Assembly (NCBI GenBank): GCA_044345405.1
Contig: JBIJBE010000006.1
Span: 40,682 to 104,681, forward strand
Length of the DNA: 64,000 nt
Source: Bdellovibrionota bacterium
GTDB lineage: Bacteria > Bdellovibrionota_C > UBA2361 > OMII01
Direction of reading: 5' to 3'
Shown: positions 49,433 to 59,384 of the stretch, piece by piece
Layout: every line of letters starts with the position of its first letter
How positions within the stretch are numbered: the stretch's first letter is position 1
Translations under genes and position numbers: made by a program
The notes under the pieces: model-generated
The model's input: only the letters and a program-made list of their open reading frames with translations
Databases searched by the model: none
Told to the model about the DNA's origin: nothing

Positions 49433-50377
49433 ATGAAATCCGCTGCGAAGAGACCGTGTCAGGAGGATTCGGGGTTCGTGCTCTTTATGTTCATGGTGAT
49501 CACGGCCGTACTCCTCACATCGGTCGCGTTCACCGTCGACATGGGACGAGCGTACGATGAACAGCGGCAGCTCCAGATAGTCGCCGACTCCGCGGCGCTC
49601 GCCGCAGTGAGTGCCCTAGGATCCGGCACAAGCTACACGAGGATTCTGTCGATTGTCGCGGCGATCGCGGAAGCGAATGGAGCGACCATCGACGAGATAA
49701 TGGAAAATGAACCTCTGTGTGGTACCTGGGAGGAAGGGGAGTTCATCCAGAGCAACGGTCGATCGTGTCCCTCATCGGCGAACGCTGTTGAGGTGAATAT
49801 CAAGCGAACTGTTCCGACTCGTTTCGCTCAACTCATGAATCAACATTCCATGACGTTACGGGCGAGCGCTGTGGCGTACCTTCCCCCACCGGAGGGCGGA
49901 AATTGTATTCGGCCATTCGGTATTGAGGAATCCCACCTTGAGGCATTGAACGTGTCTGAGGGAGACACCTTTTCGGTGAGTGGCTCGCAGGGCATGGGGA
50001 ATTGGGGAAAGATCGATCTCGGCGGCAACGCGTCGTCGGGCGAGGAGTATACTCAGCTCATGCTCACTAACCTGTGCGACGAGGCTATCGCCCCGGGTAA
50101 CTTCGTCTCGAGCGGAACGGGTAACGCGCAGATCAATCAGGTATTCCAGGCCCTCCTCGAGGATACAACCCCTCCCCTCGCCGCGAGCAACATGGTCTTC
50201 GCCGTAACCTCCGATTTCGGGAGCGGAAATTCACAGGTGCAGATTCAACGGTTCGTTAAGGTTAATCTTCTCTCTCAAGAGGGTTCGGGCTCGAAGTGGC
50301 GGGCGAACTTTCAGGTTGTAGAATGGGACACCCAACCCGACCCTCCGGTCAGCCCATCGAGACGATTAATGAGATAG
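49433..50377 (+). CDS. TadG-like pilus assembly protein
   Basis: DSG + TM, VDMGRAY, QLQIVADSAALAA. Confidence 0.85.
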   Translation: MKSAAKRPCQEDSGFVLFMFMVITAVLLTSVAFTVDMGRAYDEQRQLQIVADSAALAAVSALGSGTSYTRILSIVAAIAEANGATIDEIMENEPLCGTWEEGEFIQSNGRSCPSSANAVEVNIKRTVPTRFAQLMNQHSMTLRASAVAYLPPPEGGNCIRPFGIEESHLEALNVSEGDTFSVSGSQGMGNWGKIDLGGNASSGEEYTQLMLTNLCDEAIAPGNFVSSGTGNAQINQVFQALLEDTTPPLAASNMVFAVTSDFGSGNSQVQIQRFVKVNLLSQEGSGSKWRANFQVVEWDTQPDPPVSPSRRLMR

Positions 50378-50394
50378 GTCCACCCATCCCCCGC

Positions 50395-52167
50395 TCATCC
50401 CACCGCTTGGCGTATCGTATAGTGATGATAGAGCCCCCCGGCGCGCTTTAGTTCTTCATGGCTACCTTGCTCGACAACCCTCCCTTCATTAATCAGGAAT
50501 ACGGTATCCGCGCCGCGCACGCTGGAGAGTCTGTGGGATACGATAACAATCGTGGCCTTCGGGAGGGCTGTCCTCATCGCGGACAAAACATGATCCTCAA
50601 GCTCGCTATCAAGTCCCGATGTCGCTTCATCAAGGAGTAGCAATCGTGGTTCACGGAGCAGGGCCCTGGCTATCGCCACCCGCTGTCGTTGGCCGCCACT
50701 GAGTTGAGCTCCGTGCTCCCCAAGCACGGTAGAGAGGCCTTGCGGGAGAGCCCACACAAAATCAAGGAACCCCCACCCCCGAATCCTTTGCTCCACGTAT
50801 TCAGGAGATCGATCCGGTCCACCGAGGGTGAGGTTATCAAGGATGGAGGTACCAAAGAGGAGCGGGTCCTGAGGAACCCACGCGACCTTAGCGCGAAGCT
50901 CCGCGTCACTGATCTCTCGCAGCGAATGTCCGTTCAGGGTAATCGTCCCGGTTGAGTAGTGATAAAATTTGAGCAAGAGCTGCACGATCGAACTCTTTCC
51001 GGCGCCCGATGGACCCATGATCCCTGCGACCGTTCCCCCCGGTATCGACAGACTTAATCCGTCGAGCACTACGCTATCAGGACGAGTTGGGTAGGCGAAG
51101 GTCACATCCGAACAGGAGAGAGCTAGGCCACTTTCGCCAAGTAATTCCGTCATCACCGCGGCTTCAATGTGTCTCTCCTCCCAGAGTTCAAATACCCGCT
51201 CGAGTCCTCCAAGACTTTGAACAATCTCCGCATACGCGCTCACGAGGAAGGCGAACGACACAGCGACGATCGAGCCATAGAGAGCGAATGCCGCGAGGTC
51301 ACTGAGAGGAAGTTTCTCGTTGAGAACAAGAGAAACTCCGTACCATACAACCCCAAGAAGCAGCACGTTCAGAAGAAGGCTTGCTCCCGATGAGAAGGCG
51401 GCGCTGATTCGCACCCTACCCTGCCCCGCCTCTAATACCTCAGCGCTCCGCGCGAAAAATGACGAGTTTGCCTGGGATTCGGCCCCTAGCGCGCGCACTA
51501 TCTTGGCGCCACCGAAACTCTCCGCCGCGAAGGCGGTTAACGCCGCCAGTGAGGTTTGAAAGCGACGCGATGCCGCGCGAAGATTTCGAACGAATATGCC
51601 GGAAACAACAACCATGCAGAGAACGCTCGCCACGATAGCGAACGTCATTCGCCAGGACATCCACGCCATCAGGCAGGTTCCAAATAACACCTGAACTCCG
51701 TATCGCAAGATGACGGAGAGCTTCACGGACACGACATCTTGAATAAGCGCGGCGTCGGAGTTGAGTCGCGCGGCGAGATCCGCCGACCTGTTGCGATCAA
51801 AGAATTCTATCTCCTTTGAGATGACGGACTCGTAGAGGCGCCGGCGCACATCATCGTAGACCTGCTGACCTAAAAGACCGAACCACAGGGAGCGCAGAAA
51901 AAACGCTCCTCCCTGCACCACAAACAGGGCGGCGAGGAGTCCAAAAAAGAGAGGAAGTCTTTCCAAAATGAGATCGAAGGTCTCTGGTCGCAACGCTCGG
52001 CGAATAACCTCCGGGAAGATGAGGTTAATTGCGCTTCCTATAAAGAGGGCGACCAACGCTGACGCGATACGACCGTGGTAGGGTCGAACGAGGGTCACTA
52101 CGTGCCCAAAGGTCCGTACGGCCTGCGAGCTAGAGAGTGTGGGGCGTTTGGAGGTTTTCATAATCAC
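50395..52167 (-). CDS. ABC exporter, fused TMD-ATPase (ABCB/MsbA-like)
   Basis: GPSGAGKS, LSGGQRQRVAIARA, LLLDEATSGLD; N-terminal TMD. Confidence 0.93.
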   Translation of the reverse strand: MIMKTSKRPTLSSSQAVRTFGHVVTLVRPYHGRIASALVALFIGSAINLIFPEVIRRALRPETFDLILERLPLFFGLLAALFVVQGGAFFLRSLWFGLLGQQVYDDVRRRLYESVISKEIEFFDRNRSADLAARLNSDAALIQDVVSVKLSVILRYGVQVLFGTCLMAWMSWRMTFAIVASVLCMVVVSGIFVRNLRAASRRFQTSLAALTAFAAESFGGAKIVRALGAESQANSSFFARSAEVLEAGQGRVRISAAFSSGASLLLNVLLLGVVWYGVSLVLNEKLPLSDLAAFALYGSIVAVSFAFLVSAYAEIVQSLGGLERVFELWEERHIEAAVMTELLGESGLALSCSDVTFAYPTRPDSVVLDGLSLSIPGGTVAGIMGPSGAGKSSIVQLLLKFYHYSTGTITLNGHSLREISDAELRAKVAWVPQDPLLFGTSILDNLTLGGPDRSPEYVEQRIRGWGFLDFVWALPQGLSTVLGEHGAQLSGGQRQRVAIARALLREPRLLLLDEATSGLDSELEDHVLSAMRTALPKATIVIVSHRLSSVRGADTVFLINEGRVVEQGSHEELKRAGGLYHHYTIRQAVG

Positions 52168-52346
52168 AGCATCGAGAGGCTATACACCATTAAATTCGGC
52201 ACGTTAACTTTTATTAACGATTCCGAGGCCACCAAGGGTGTTGCGGGTTGGTTTTTAAAGCCCTCCGAGGTGATTAAGCTATTGCGTAGGTTGTGACGAT
52301 ACCCTACACGACGAACAGGGGTCAAAATCTCTGCCAAAAGAACATT

Positions 52347-52976
52347 ATGGATGAGGAAGCGATACGACAAACTCAGGCGACTCTTCGAAAGCATCCGATC
52401 GTCGGGACTGCGCTTGATCTTCTTGCCCGTCAGTTACCTGGCTCGTTGTTATATCACGCCCTCTCTCACACAGAGGATGTGCTCGACGAGGCTATACGGT
52501 TCGGCGCAATCGACCAGCTCTCACCTCGGGAGCTTGAACTTCTAGCTATAGCCGCCGCTTGTCATGACGTTGGTTTCGTTTCGACCCCGATTGCAAATGA
52601 GCCCCTGGGCGCGGCGTTCGCGCGAGAACGAATGGAGGAAGATGGAGGCTACTCCCCTCAAGAGATCGAACTCGTTGAGCGGATGGTCCTCGATACCGCC
52701 CTCGTTATGACCGACGGTCAGTTGCATCAGTCCCCATCAACAAAACTATCGGGGTATCTTTTGGACGCTGACTTGAGCAATTTGGGGCGTGAGGACTTCT
52801 TTGATAAATGCGACCTACTACGTCGAGAGGTTGGCCAAGAGAAGGACCTGTTTGAGAGAAACACCCTCGCGTTACTGACCGCTCACCGGTGGCACACCGA
52901 CGCGGGACGGGCGCTGAGACAGGCGAGAAAGGATCTTAATACGCAAACACTTCAATCGATGATTCGTTCGAAATAG
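52347..52976 (+). CDS. HD-domain metal-dependent phosphohydrolase
   Basis: YHALSHT, CHDVG, DADLSNLG, LRRE. Confidence 0.85.
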   Translation: MDEEAIRQTQATLRKHPIVGTALDLLARQLPGSLLYHALSHTEDVLDEAIRFGAIDQLSPRELELLAIAAACHDVGFVSTPIANEPLGAAFARERMEEDGGYSPQEIELVERMVLDTALVMTDGQLHQSPSTKLSGYLLDADLSNLGREDFFDKCDLLRREVGQEKDLFERNTLALLTAHRWHTDAGRALRQARKDLNTQTLQSMIRSK

Positions 52977-52993
52977 TCGCGCGGTCCCCTACC

Positions 52994-54610
52994 CTACTTC
53001 TGCCCGTTCGATTTGCACCACTTGTCGAAATCAGGGAAACCTCGATGCTCAAGGAGCCGTTGCTCAACACCGTGCTCAACCGCCTCTATGAATCTCTGTG
53101 GAGATATATGCGCCTTGAGTTTAGCGAGCGCGGCCTCGACATCAGAGCGCAATCCAGCCACCTCTTCCTCAGCGACCTCGGTCTTTAGCTTGTCCAGCGC
53201 CGCTTTTCTCTCAAGAAGATAACTGACCTCAGCGTCGATCTGCGAGCCTTTGCTCTTTATAACGCGCTGTGGAGCGTCTCCGTTGCGAGGCCCAAGGTTG
53301 AGCTCGTTCTGCGCTCGAGACCCGACAGCGACCTTGTCATTCGGCAGCACGAACTCAAAGGGCCTCTCAACGGCGCGATACAGAAATCCCTGCGGATTAC
53401 GACTGACCAGATGACTCCCACCACTCACCAGCTTGTCGAAATGCGCCACAATCGCCTCAATACGCTCAAGGGCCTCTATTCCCCTACCCTCTACCAAACG
53501 TCGAGCCTGCTTATCGGCGATTCCACGTTGTATGAGGAGGCGTTCCAGCGAGTCCTCTTTAGAATCCCCGTGGCCTTGCGCGGTCGCTTGAGCGGCCGCG
53601 ATACGGGGCCCTGCGGGCTCCTGCGCGAGAGATTGAGTACCGGTTGACGGCGGTGGGTCAACCGCTACCTTTCGCGGCGCGTGAGCGGCGACGAGAACAA
53701 CATCAGTTGCCTTGCCCTTTCCGACAAATTCGAACTCACTCAGCAGCCCTTTGTCTCGCAACTCCTCAAGGGCTGGCTCTAGTTGTTGCCGAAGGGAGCT
53801 CGCGTACACGTAGTTGCGGGAGATACCGATCTTTTCGTGGGCAAGCACGAAGAGATTGACCTGCATGCGGGAGCGATACCAAAAGTGCTTATCGAGATAG
53901 CGGTAGAGTCGCTTTGAGACCGCGCTCTGAAGGTCAAGGTAGAATTCGAGGTCCAGTTTTTTGATGAAACCAACTTGGAACGATTTGAAGAGTACCTCAC
54001 TCCACGTAAAGAAGCTCGGTCTCGTATCTCGACCATCGTTGATCTCATAGGCATCAAGGATTCCGAAGTTGCGCGTGCTGTGCAGTTTCGACTCGTTGTC
54101 GTAAAAGGCGTTCGTGGCTTTGATTCGCACGCCGCTCAAACGATCGAGGGCGTTCTGAAGCCGAACGTAGCTTCGTCCCTCTGTGGTCCACCGCAAAATG
54201 CGCAAGAGTTCATACCTGGTGAAGTGAACTTTGGGGCTTCGGAGTCCGTCGTCCGCAGTGAGCTTGAGAAGTCCCAACAAAACCTCATCATCAGACGAGG
54301 TCGGAAGACCGAACTTGTCCGCCCCGGTGATGATCCACTTCCGATTGATGACGTCGCCATTCTTGCCTTTGACGGTGTCACTAAATTCGAGTGTTTTGAT
54401 CGAGGGATCGGCCCGTTTCGAGAGAACTGTGAGCGGGAACTCGGCGAGATTCATCTCGTCCCGTGATATCTTCACCGGCAAGGGCCGCACCGGCGTCGCG
54501 ACATTTGGCGAAACAGGAACCGCTGAGGATTCAGCGTCAGAGAGATCGTGGGCCACGATCTCGTCGAGTGCTGTCGTTGATGTCAATGCTGAGGAATCAG
54601 TCATGCTCAC
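52994..54610 (-). CDS. repA: Plasmid-type replication initiator protein (RPA/RepA family)
   Basis: SRDEMNLAEFP, GLPT, FTRYELLRILRW, YVRLQNALDRL, KRLYRYLDKHF; divergent from parAB. Confidence 0.8.
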   Translation of the reverse strand: MSMTDSSALTSTTALDEIVAHDLSDAESSAVPVSPNVATPVRPLPVKISRDEMNLAEFPLTVLSKRADPSIKTLEFSDTVKGKNGDVINRKWIITGADKFGLPTSSDDEVLLGLLKLTADDGLRSPKVHFTRYELLRILRWTTEGRSYVRLQNALDRLSGVRIKATNAFYDNESKLHSTRNFGILDAYEINDGRDTRPSFFTWSEVLFKSFQVGFIKKLDLEFYLDLQSAVSKRLYRYLDKHFWYRSRMQVNLFVLAHEKIGISRNYVYASSLRQQLEPALEELRDKGLLSEFEFVGKGKATDVVLVAAHAPRKVAVDPPPSTGTQSLAQEPAGPRIAAAQATAQGHGDSKEDSLERLLIQRGIADKQARRLVEGRGIEALERIEAIVAHFDKLVSGGSHLVSRNPQGFLYRAVERPFEFVLPNDKVAVGSRAQNELNLGPRNGDAPQRVIKSKGSQIDAEVSYLLERKAALDKLKTEVAEEEVAGLRSDVEAALAKLKAHISPQRFIEAVEHGVEQRLLEHRGFPDFDKWCKSNGQK

Positions 54611-54779
54611 TTGGGTAGTCGGTATGCGCTATTCGCGCTCGTTCTCGTTTGCGTTCGTGCTTCGTATCAATGGAGCTATCGTACGTGTGTTCCCTGATAG
54701 TTCCAAAGAGTTTTTACGGGAATACGCTGCGCCGCTTCAGCAAAGAGTCCCTGAAAAACTGCGTGAAGACATACCAGAA

Positions 54780-55065
54780 AAAAATCCAAACACCAAAGCT
54801 TAGTTTTAGTTAGTTAAACAATCGTTAGTACGGAACATGTTATTAGATGAGCGGCGTAAAAATACAGGAAGTACGATAGATTAGCTTGTCTTTTTTATCT
54901 CCACGCACGATGCTTTAATGGTCAATTCCCGATACTCATTTATCTAGTTTCCCGATCACTTTTCTTTCGTTTCACGACGCTTTTGTGTCCGAGTCACGAA
55001 CCTCTTGTGTTCAAGTCACGAGCAACCTATCTCAGTTCACGATTGTCCTTACGTGAGATCACGAA
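54780..55065. other. Putative iteron-type replication origin
   Basis: AT-rich tract ~54780-54900, then C(A/C)CGA cores at 54906, 54928, 54951, 54973, 54995, 55017, 55038, 55060 (21-23 bp spacing). Confidence 0.7.
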
Positions 55066-55082
55066 TGGAGGGAGCCTCGCCT

Positions 55083-55123
55083 CCGTGGAACACCGTGGAA
55101 CGGTGTGGAACATCGTGGAACAC
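55083..55123. repeat. Four tandem 10-bp repeats containing GTGGAAC
   Basis: ccgtggaaca ccgtggaacg gtgtggaaca tcgtggaaca. Confidence 0.8.
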
Positions 55124-55150
55124 TCCTAGGGCTCGTGTGTTGAGGTAAAT

Positions 55151-55313
55151 ATCGTGAATCGAGATCTAAAAACCGATCCCATTTCTTACTTCGATTCACG
55201 AAACACGACGTCTCAAGGAGCCCGGAGATTTCCCCAGATTTCTTCATCGTGAATTGACTTAAGTATGGATTTTATGAGCGATCTTTGCCAGATTCCTTAT
55301 GTCGATTCACGAA
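55151..55313. promoter_or_regulatory. Four TCRATTCACGAW motifs in alternating orientation upstream of parA
   Basis: 55151-55162 (rc), 55191-55202, 55246-55257 (rc), 55302-55313. Confidence 0.65.
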
Positions 55314-55327
55314 TGTGGAGGTAGCCT

Positions 55328-56122
55328 GTGGCGATCGCAATTAGCGTAGTAAACCAGAAGGGTGGCGTTGGAAAAACGACCACGACCGTTAACCTTGGAG
55401 CTGCGTTAGCGGCTAAGGGAAAGCGGGTTTTATTGATAGATATTGATGCTCAGAGCAATCTTACAACTCACCTTGGATTAGGTGTAAAGGAAGATGTTGA
55501 GGACCTTAATGAGATAGCTCAGGGACCTGAGTGGACGATCTACGATGTTCTTAAGGGGACGAAGAAGATTCATGACGTTATTATTAAGCGCTCAGAGAAT
55601 CTTGCGGTGGTGCCGTCGAGCCTTCTTTTGAGTGCCGCGGATCTTGAGTTGGGAGGTGTCGTTGGACGAGAGCTCCTTCTCAAGCGAGCTATCGAGAAGG
55701 TCCGTTCAGAGTATGACGTGATTCTGATCGATTGTCCTCCAACGCTCGGACTTCTCTCTTTGAACGCGTTGGCCGCTGTCGATAAGGTGATCGTTCCGGT
55801 TCAAAGTGAGTACCTCGCGCTTCATGGAGTTCGTCAGCTGCTTGATACCATCGACCAAGTTCGTAATGTGTACAATCCGAACCTCGTCGTAGGAGGGGTT
55901 CTTATTTGTCTTCACGATAGCCGGAAGAAATTGGCGCGGGCCGTTGCTGAGACGATACGCGCGTATTTTGGACAGCTCGTGTTCACAACCATTATTCGTG
56001 AAAACGTTGCTCTCGCTGAGGCACCTGCAAAGGGTCAGACGATCCTTGAGTACATGCCTAAGTCGTCGGGAGCCGAGGATTATATTGCGTTAGCTGAGGA
56101 GGTTCTTAATGTCAAAGCGTAG
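55328..56122 (+). CDS. parA: ParA/Soj partition ATPase
   Basis: NQKGGVGKTTT, DIDAQSN, IDCPPTLG, EAP; GGAGG RBS. Confidence 0.96.
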   Translation: MAIAISVVNQKGGVGKTTTTVNLGAALAAKGKRVLLIDIDAQSNLTTHLGLGVKEDVEDLNEIAQGPEWTIYDVLKGTKKIHDVIIKRSENLAVVPSSLLLSAADLELGGVVGRELLLKRAIEKVRSEYDVILIDCPPTLGLLSLNALAAVDKVIVPVQSEYLALHGVRQLLDTIDQVRNVYNPNLVVGGVLICLHDSRKKLARAVAETIRAYFGQLVFTTIIRENVALAEAPAKGQTILEYMPKSSGAEDYIALAEEVLNVKA

Positions 56123-56981
56123 TTTTTCGTTTGCTAATAATCCATTGATGGCAGGACCAGCTCTTGAGGAGCGGTCGAGAGGAGGGATTCCTTACCGAGA
56201 GATTCCCGTCTCCGCCATTGAGGCAGATCCAAATCAGCCGCGACGGACCTTTGATGAGGAGAAGCTCCAGGAGCTTGCCGAGTCGATTAAGCTCTATGGT
56301 ATCTTGAGCCCAATCCTCGTGAGAGCCGGTGCTCTTCCTGGTCGATACACGATCATCTCCGGCGAGCGGCGCTATCGAGCTTCACAGATCGCTGGACTGG
56401 CTGCGATTCCAGCCATCGTGAGCCAGGGAGAAGGGGAGGATAGTCGGACTCTCGCGATTCAGCTCGTAGAGAACCTTCAGCGTGATGACCTCTCCTCCCT
56501 TGAGCGTGCGCAAGCTATCGGTGCTCTTCGGGATGGCCATAATCTCTCTATTCGAGATATCGCCGAGAAGCTGAGTATCTCTAAGAGTGCCGTACAGCGT
56601 AGTCTTGAGATCCTTTCGCTTCCAGATGACCTTCTGAACGCTCTTAGAGAGGGTGCTTCGGAGTCGAAGGTTCTTTTGGTTGCTAAGATAGAGGACCCGG
56701 CGGTTCGCGCTACCTATCTCAAGGACATCGACGTTCTTACTCGGGCGCAGATCGGTCAAAGCGTGGAGCAAAAACGTTCGGCTCCATCCCACGACACCGC
56801 TGAGTCAAAGGTAATCAATGCAGAGGACCAACGGATCGCTGAAGAGATTCAACGAGCGCTTGGAATGAAGGTTCGGATGGTTCGTTCAGGTCCTAATGCT
56901 GAAGGTGGGCGATTGACCATCGACTTTTACGGGGAAGGGGACCTTCAGATCCTCTTCCGTAAGCTTGTCTCGGAAGGGTAG
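56109..56981 (+). CDS. parB: ParB/Spo0J partition protein
   Basis: PNQPRRTF, GERRYRA, LVENLQRDDL, HTH. Confidence 0.96.
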   Translation: MSKRSFSFANNPLMAGPALEERSRGGIPYREIPVSAIEADPNQPRRTFDEEKLQELAESIKLYGILSPILVRAGALPGRYTIISGERRYRASQIAGLAAIPAIVSQGEGEDSRTLAIQLVENLQRDDLSSLERAQAIGALRDGHNLSIRDIAEKLSISKSAVQRSLEILSLPDDLLNALREGASESKVLLVAKIEDPAVRATYLKDIDVLTRAQIGQSVEQKRSAPSHDTAESKVINAEDQRIAEEIQRALGMKVRMVRSGPNAEGGRLTIDFYGEGDLQILFRKLVSEG

Positions 56982-56984
56982 CCT

Positions 56985-57066
56985 TGTCCCACCGTGGGAC
57001 AGTTCTTCTAATATCGTGATTTGACCATAAATAGGGGTGCGATTAGAAGCGTCCCACGGTGGGACA
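56985..57066. promoter_or_regulatory. Two parS-like palindromes
   Basis: TGTCCCAC-C-GTGGGACA at 56985-57001 and its reverse complement GTCCCAC-G-GTGGGACA at 57051-57066. Confidence 0.6.
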
Positions 57067-57067
57067 G

Positions 57068-58395
57068 TGAACAAGGCTCAGACCGGATTACATTACCTTA
57101 ATACGCTAACCCCCTGGAACGGCAGGGGGGGCTTCGCCCTCGAAGGCATCATCAAAGTTCTCAAGCGCCTCGGGCAGCCCCAAGATAGTTATCCAACAGT
57201 TCATATCGCAGGAACGAACGGAAAAGGCTCCGTTTCTTCTGCTGTGTCTTCAATCCTTGGGGCCGCGGGCTACAAGGTGGGATTGAACACCTCTCCACAT
57301 CTCCAAGTTCTCAATGAACGTATCGTTATTGATGGACTCCCTATAGAGGACCAACCGTTGGGCGAGTTTTGCTATGACGTTCGCGGTGCTGCCGCAAAGG
57401 AAATGGTTGAGTTGTCCTTTCACGAGGCTATTACCGCAGTAACCTTTCTCGCTTTGCGTGAGATGGCGGTAGATTGGGGGGTTATTGAGGTGGGTTTAGG
57501 AGGGCGGCTCGACGCCTCTAATGTCATTTCACGACCCGCAGCTACCGCTATCGTTACGATCGATTACGACCATCAAGCTATTCTTGGTAATACGTTGGGT
57601 GAGATAGCTGGGGAGAAAGCCGGTATTATTAAGCAGGGAAGCCCACTCATATCGGGGCTTTTGCCACCTGAGGCGGAAAAAGTGGTGAATGCGAAGGCTC
57701 GAGTAACGAAGCACTATCGATACATGACGGATTATGGAGTTTCCCCTGTACCGTCAGGAACCCAGAACACATTCGGGTATTGGGGTAAGGATTTCCCAAT
57801 TACACCTATGCTCTCCTTCGATTTCACCTCGCCACTGCCGGGTATACATCAGGGACACAACCTCAGTGTGGCAGCCACAATCGGTCTTGCTATCGGAATG
57901 AGCCCTGATGTTGTGAAGACCGGAATAGAAGGGGTGTATTGGCCAGCTCGTTTGGAGAGCCTCTCCGTCGATGGGTGTTCACTACTTATGGATTGCGCCC
58001 ATAACCAAGCGGGGATACGAGCGTTTATTGATTATCTCGTGCGCCGCCAGATTGGTTTGATAGACCTGACGTTTGGTGTTTTGGATACCAAGAACTGGCG
58101 AGAGATGATCGGTATGCTCGCACCACATGTGGGTCACTGGAGATTGATAAAGCCGGACTCAGAGCGGGCGCTTCCTCTTGAGCAGGTTCAAGCGGAGATT
58201 AGAGTATCGGGTAATGACGTAAGAATATCTTCCTACGGCAGTGACTACGAGGAGCTCGTCAGGGAGATGATACGGTCATCTGAAGGGGAGATTCGATACG
58301 TCACCGGCTCGATGTACATGATTGGAAAATTGCGGAGCGTCCTAGGGGTCCCAATTAAACCCATATGGAACGCTGGTAATAAAACGCCGGTTTGA
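57068..58395 (+). CDS. folC: Dihydrofolate/folylpolyglutamate synthase (start approximate)
   Basis: HIAGTNGKGS, TSPHL, EVGLGGRLDASN, EKAGIIK, WPARLE, DCAHN. Confidence 0.93.
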
Positions 58396-58563
58396 GAGAG
58401 TTGTATTGCCGGCACCCACGATCCTAATGGTTCGTGCCGCAGTTTGCGCACTGTTTTTCCATGAATCGACTTTGCATGGCGGGGATGATCAACTAGCCTT
58501 CGGACGGCGGTCAGGGTTACTTTTCCTGCCACTGGCGTTCTATCACTAGTAACTGCGAGCTTT

Positions 58564-59382
58564 TTGATGTCGAACTCTGTAGCTGTAGCGACGGTACTCA
58601 CCGAGTGGCGGGAGCTCGTGTACCGCGAACTGGTCTCGCTCGGAGAGAGTTCGGCCGGTGATAGTAAGAACCTTCAAGCGGCGACGACCTATGTCCTCCA
58701 GGGACAGGGAAAACGGCTTCGAGCACTGCTGCCCATGGCGCTCAGTCGTGACCTTGGCGTGGAATCGTTGGCCTCGACTCCCCCAGCGTTGCGTCCAGGA
58801 ATCGCGCTTGAAATGCTGCACGCCGCGTCCCTTGTTCATGACGATCTACCCGCGTTGGATAACGATGACATGAGACGTGGTCGACCCTCGTGTCACCGAC
58901 AATTCAATGAAGCCACCGCGATCCTTACCGGAGATTTCCTAGTGGGGCGGGCATTCTGTGTTGTTGCGGATGGAGCGCTTCCGCCGACGCAGCGATTGCG
59001 AGTACTTGGGGTGTTAGCGCGCGCGTGGAGTGACCTCTGTATCGGGCAGCAGGTTGATATCGATCGTCCCACACAGCCGAGGGACATTCACCGCTTGATG
59101 GAGCTTAAAACAGGAGCGCTTTTTGGCGCCGCAGCCGCTTGTGGCGCCATTTGCGCAGATCGTGACGACGCGATGACCGATCGATTTTACGCCTGGGGCA
59201 TGAAAGTAGGCGTTCTTTTCCAGAGACTTGATGATCTCGCCGATGGAGATGGAGCCGCTGGAGTTGTGTGGGACAAGGAGCGCGAGATACGCGATCTACT
59301 TGTGGAGCTGCGCTCCCTCGACCTTCGTTCTCTTCCGCACGCGGAGGGGGTGTATCGTATGATTGTTGGTGAGCAAGTGTAA
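58564..59382 (+). CDS. ispA: Polyprenyl diphosphate synthase (IspA-like)
   Basis: GKRLR, SLVHDDLPALDNDDMRRG, KTGALF, FQRLDD. Confidence 0.88.
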   Translation: MMSNSVAVATVLTEWRELVYRELVSLGESSAGDSKNLQAATTYVLQGQGKRLRALLPMALSRDLGVESLASTPPALRPGIALEMLHAASLVHDDLPALDNDDMRRGRPSCHRQFNEATAILTGDFLVGRAFCVVADGALPPTQRLRVLGVLARAWSDLCIGQQVDIDRPTQPRDIHRLMELKTGALFGAAAACGAICADRDDAMTDRFYAWGMKVGVLFQRLDDLADGDGAAGVVWDKEREIRDLLVELRSLDLRSLPHAEGVYRMIVGEQV

Positions 59383-59384
59383 TT

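Noticed and set aside
54780-55320. DnaA-box cluster
   Set aside because: No perfect TTATCCACA-type boxes seen by eye.
58396-58563. Riboswitch or small RNA between folC and ispA
   Set aside because: Only weak hairpins and no recognisable consensus.
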